Source: Methylophilaceae bacterium (GTDB taxonomy: Bacteria > Pseudomonadota > Gammaproteobacteria > Burkholderiales > Methylophilaceae). From it: 64,000 bases of DNA. The stretch lies in the NCBI GenBank assembly GCA_017858095.1, contig JAFMCB010000004.1:1688-65687 (forward strand). The letters run 5' to 3'. A program made the translations under genes and the position numbers. Positions 63,735-64,000 of the stretch are shown in pieces (the first letter of the stretch is position 1; each line of letters starts with the position of its first letter). Below the pieces are notes generated by a model. The model searched no databases. It saw nothing but the letters and a program-made list of their open reading frames with translations, and was not told the DNA's origin.

Positions 63735-64000
63735 TTAATTTTTATGGCGTTTATAACCGTCCAACCGATCTTCGAAAACTGGTTCAGCATAAGGGATACC
63801 GTAGTCATCCATAATCTTTTTAATCTTATCTAAATTTCTAAATATTGCCGCTTCAATTTCATCACGACGGTCATCTTCTTTTTTTCTAACCCCAGCTGAA
63901 ATATTCCAATTTGTTTTACCGGTTAAGAGTGATTGATCGGTTGCATATTCAGGTATTTGCACTACCACCATTTCCACTTTTGATTGTTTTGCATAATAAC
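63735..64000 (-). CDS. xoxJ: C-terminus of a XoxJ/MxaJ-like periplasmic binding protein (5' end outside window)
   Basis: Frame open to the window edge (YYAKQSKV...); ISAGVRK...IKKIMDDYGIP resembles XoxJ/MxaJ C-termini; adjacent to cytochrome cL. Confidence 0.7.
   Translation of the reverse strand, partial: YYAKQSKVEMVVVQIPEYATDQSLLTGKTNWNISAGVRKKEDDRRDEIEAAIFRNLDKIKKIMDDYGIPYAEPVFEDRLDGYKRHKN

Noticed and set aside
1-64000. CRISPR arrays, tRNA/rRNA genes, IS elements, tandem repeats
   Set aside because: None seen; intergenic spaces are short and mostly explained by promoters, terminators and rnpB

Overview
AT-rich, tightly packed core chromosome of a streamlined methylotrophic betaproteobacterium, most likely Methylophilaceae (OM43/Methylopumilus-like; inferred from gene content and composition). 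In order: end of the rnf/rsx operon with nth; secA-M23-dciA; a K+-independent H+-PPase; tkt-gap-pgk-purC; argA-argB; cca; a complete dcw cluster; rnpB; pyrC; rsmI; trxA-rho-rpmE; an NAD-linked Mo-formate dehydrogenase operon divergent from Moco genes; bcp-PhoH-lplT; NDH-2; and a xoxJ-like gene followed by two cytochrome cL (XoxG-like) paralogs. I saw no mobile elements, CRISPR arrays, tRNAs or rRNAs. The best candidate for an undescribed system is an N-acetylglutamate synthase (ArgA) fused to an N-terminal XRE helix-turn-helix, with a palindrome over its own -10 box. Other oddities: duplicated cytochrome cL (one soluble, one apparently lipid-anchored, separated by a terminator, the second abutting ndh); murG with no canonical start codon (ATT candidate); rsmH split at an A10 run; a ~280-nt minimal RNase P RNA; and a perfect 18-bp palindrome before hppA. 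All family calls are by motif recognition, not database search.
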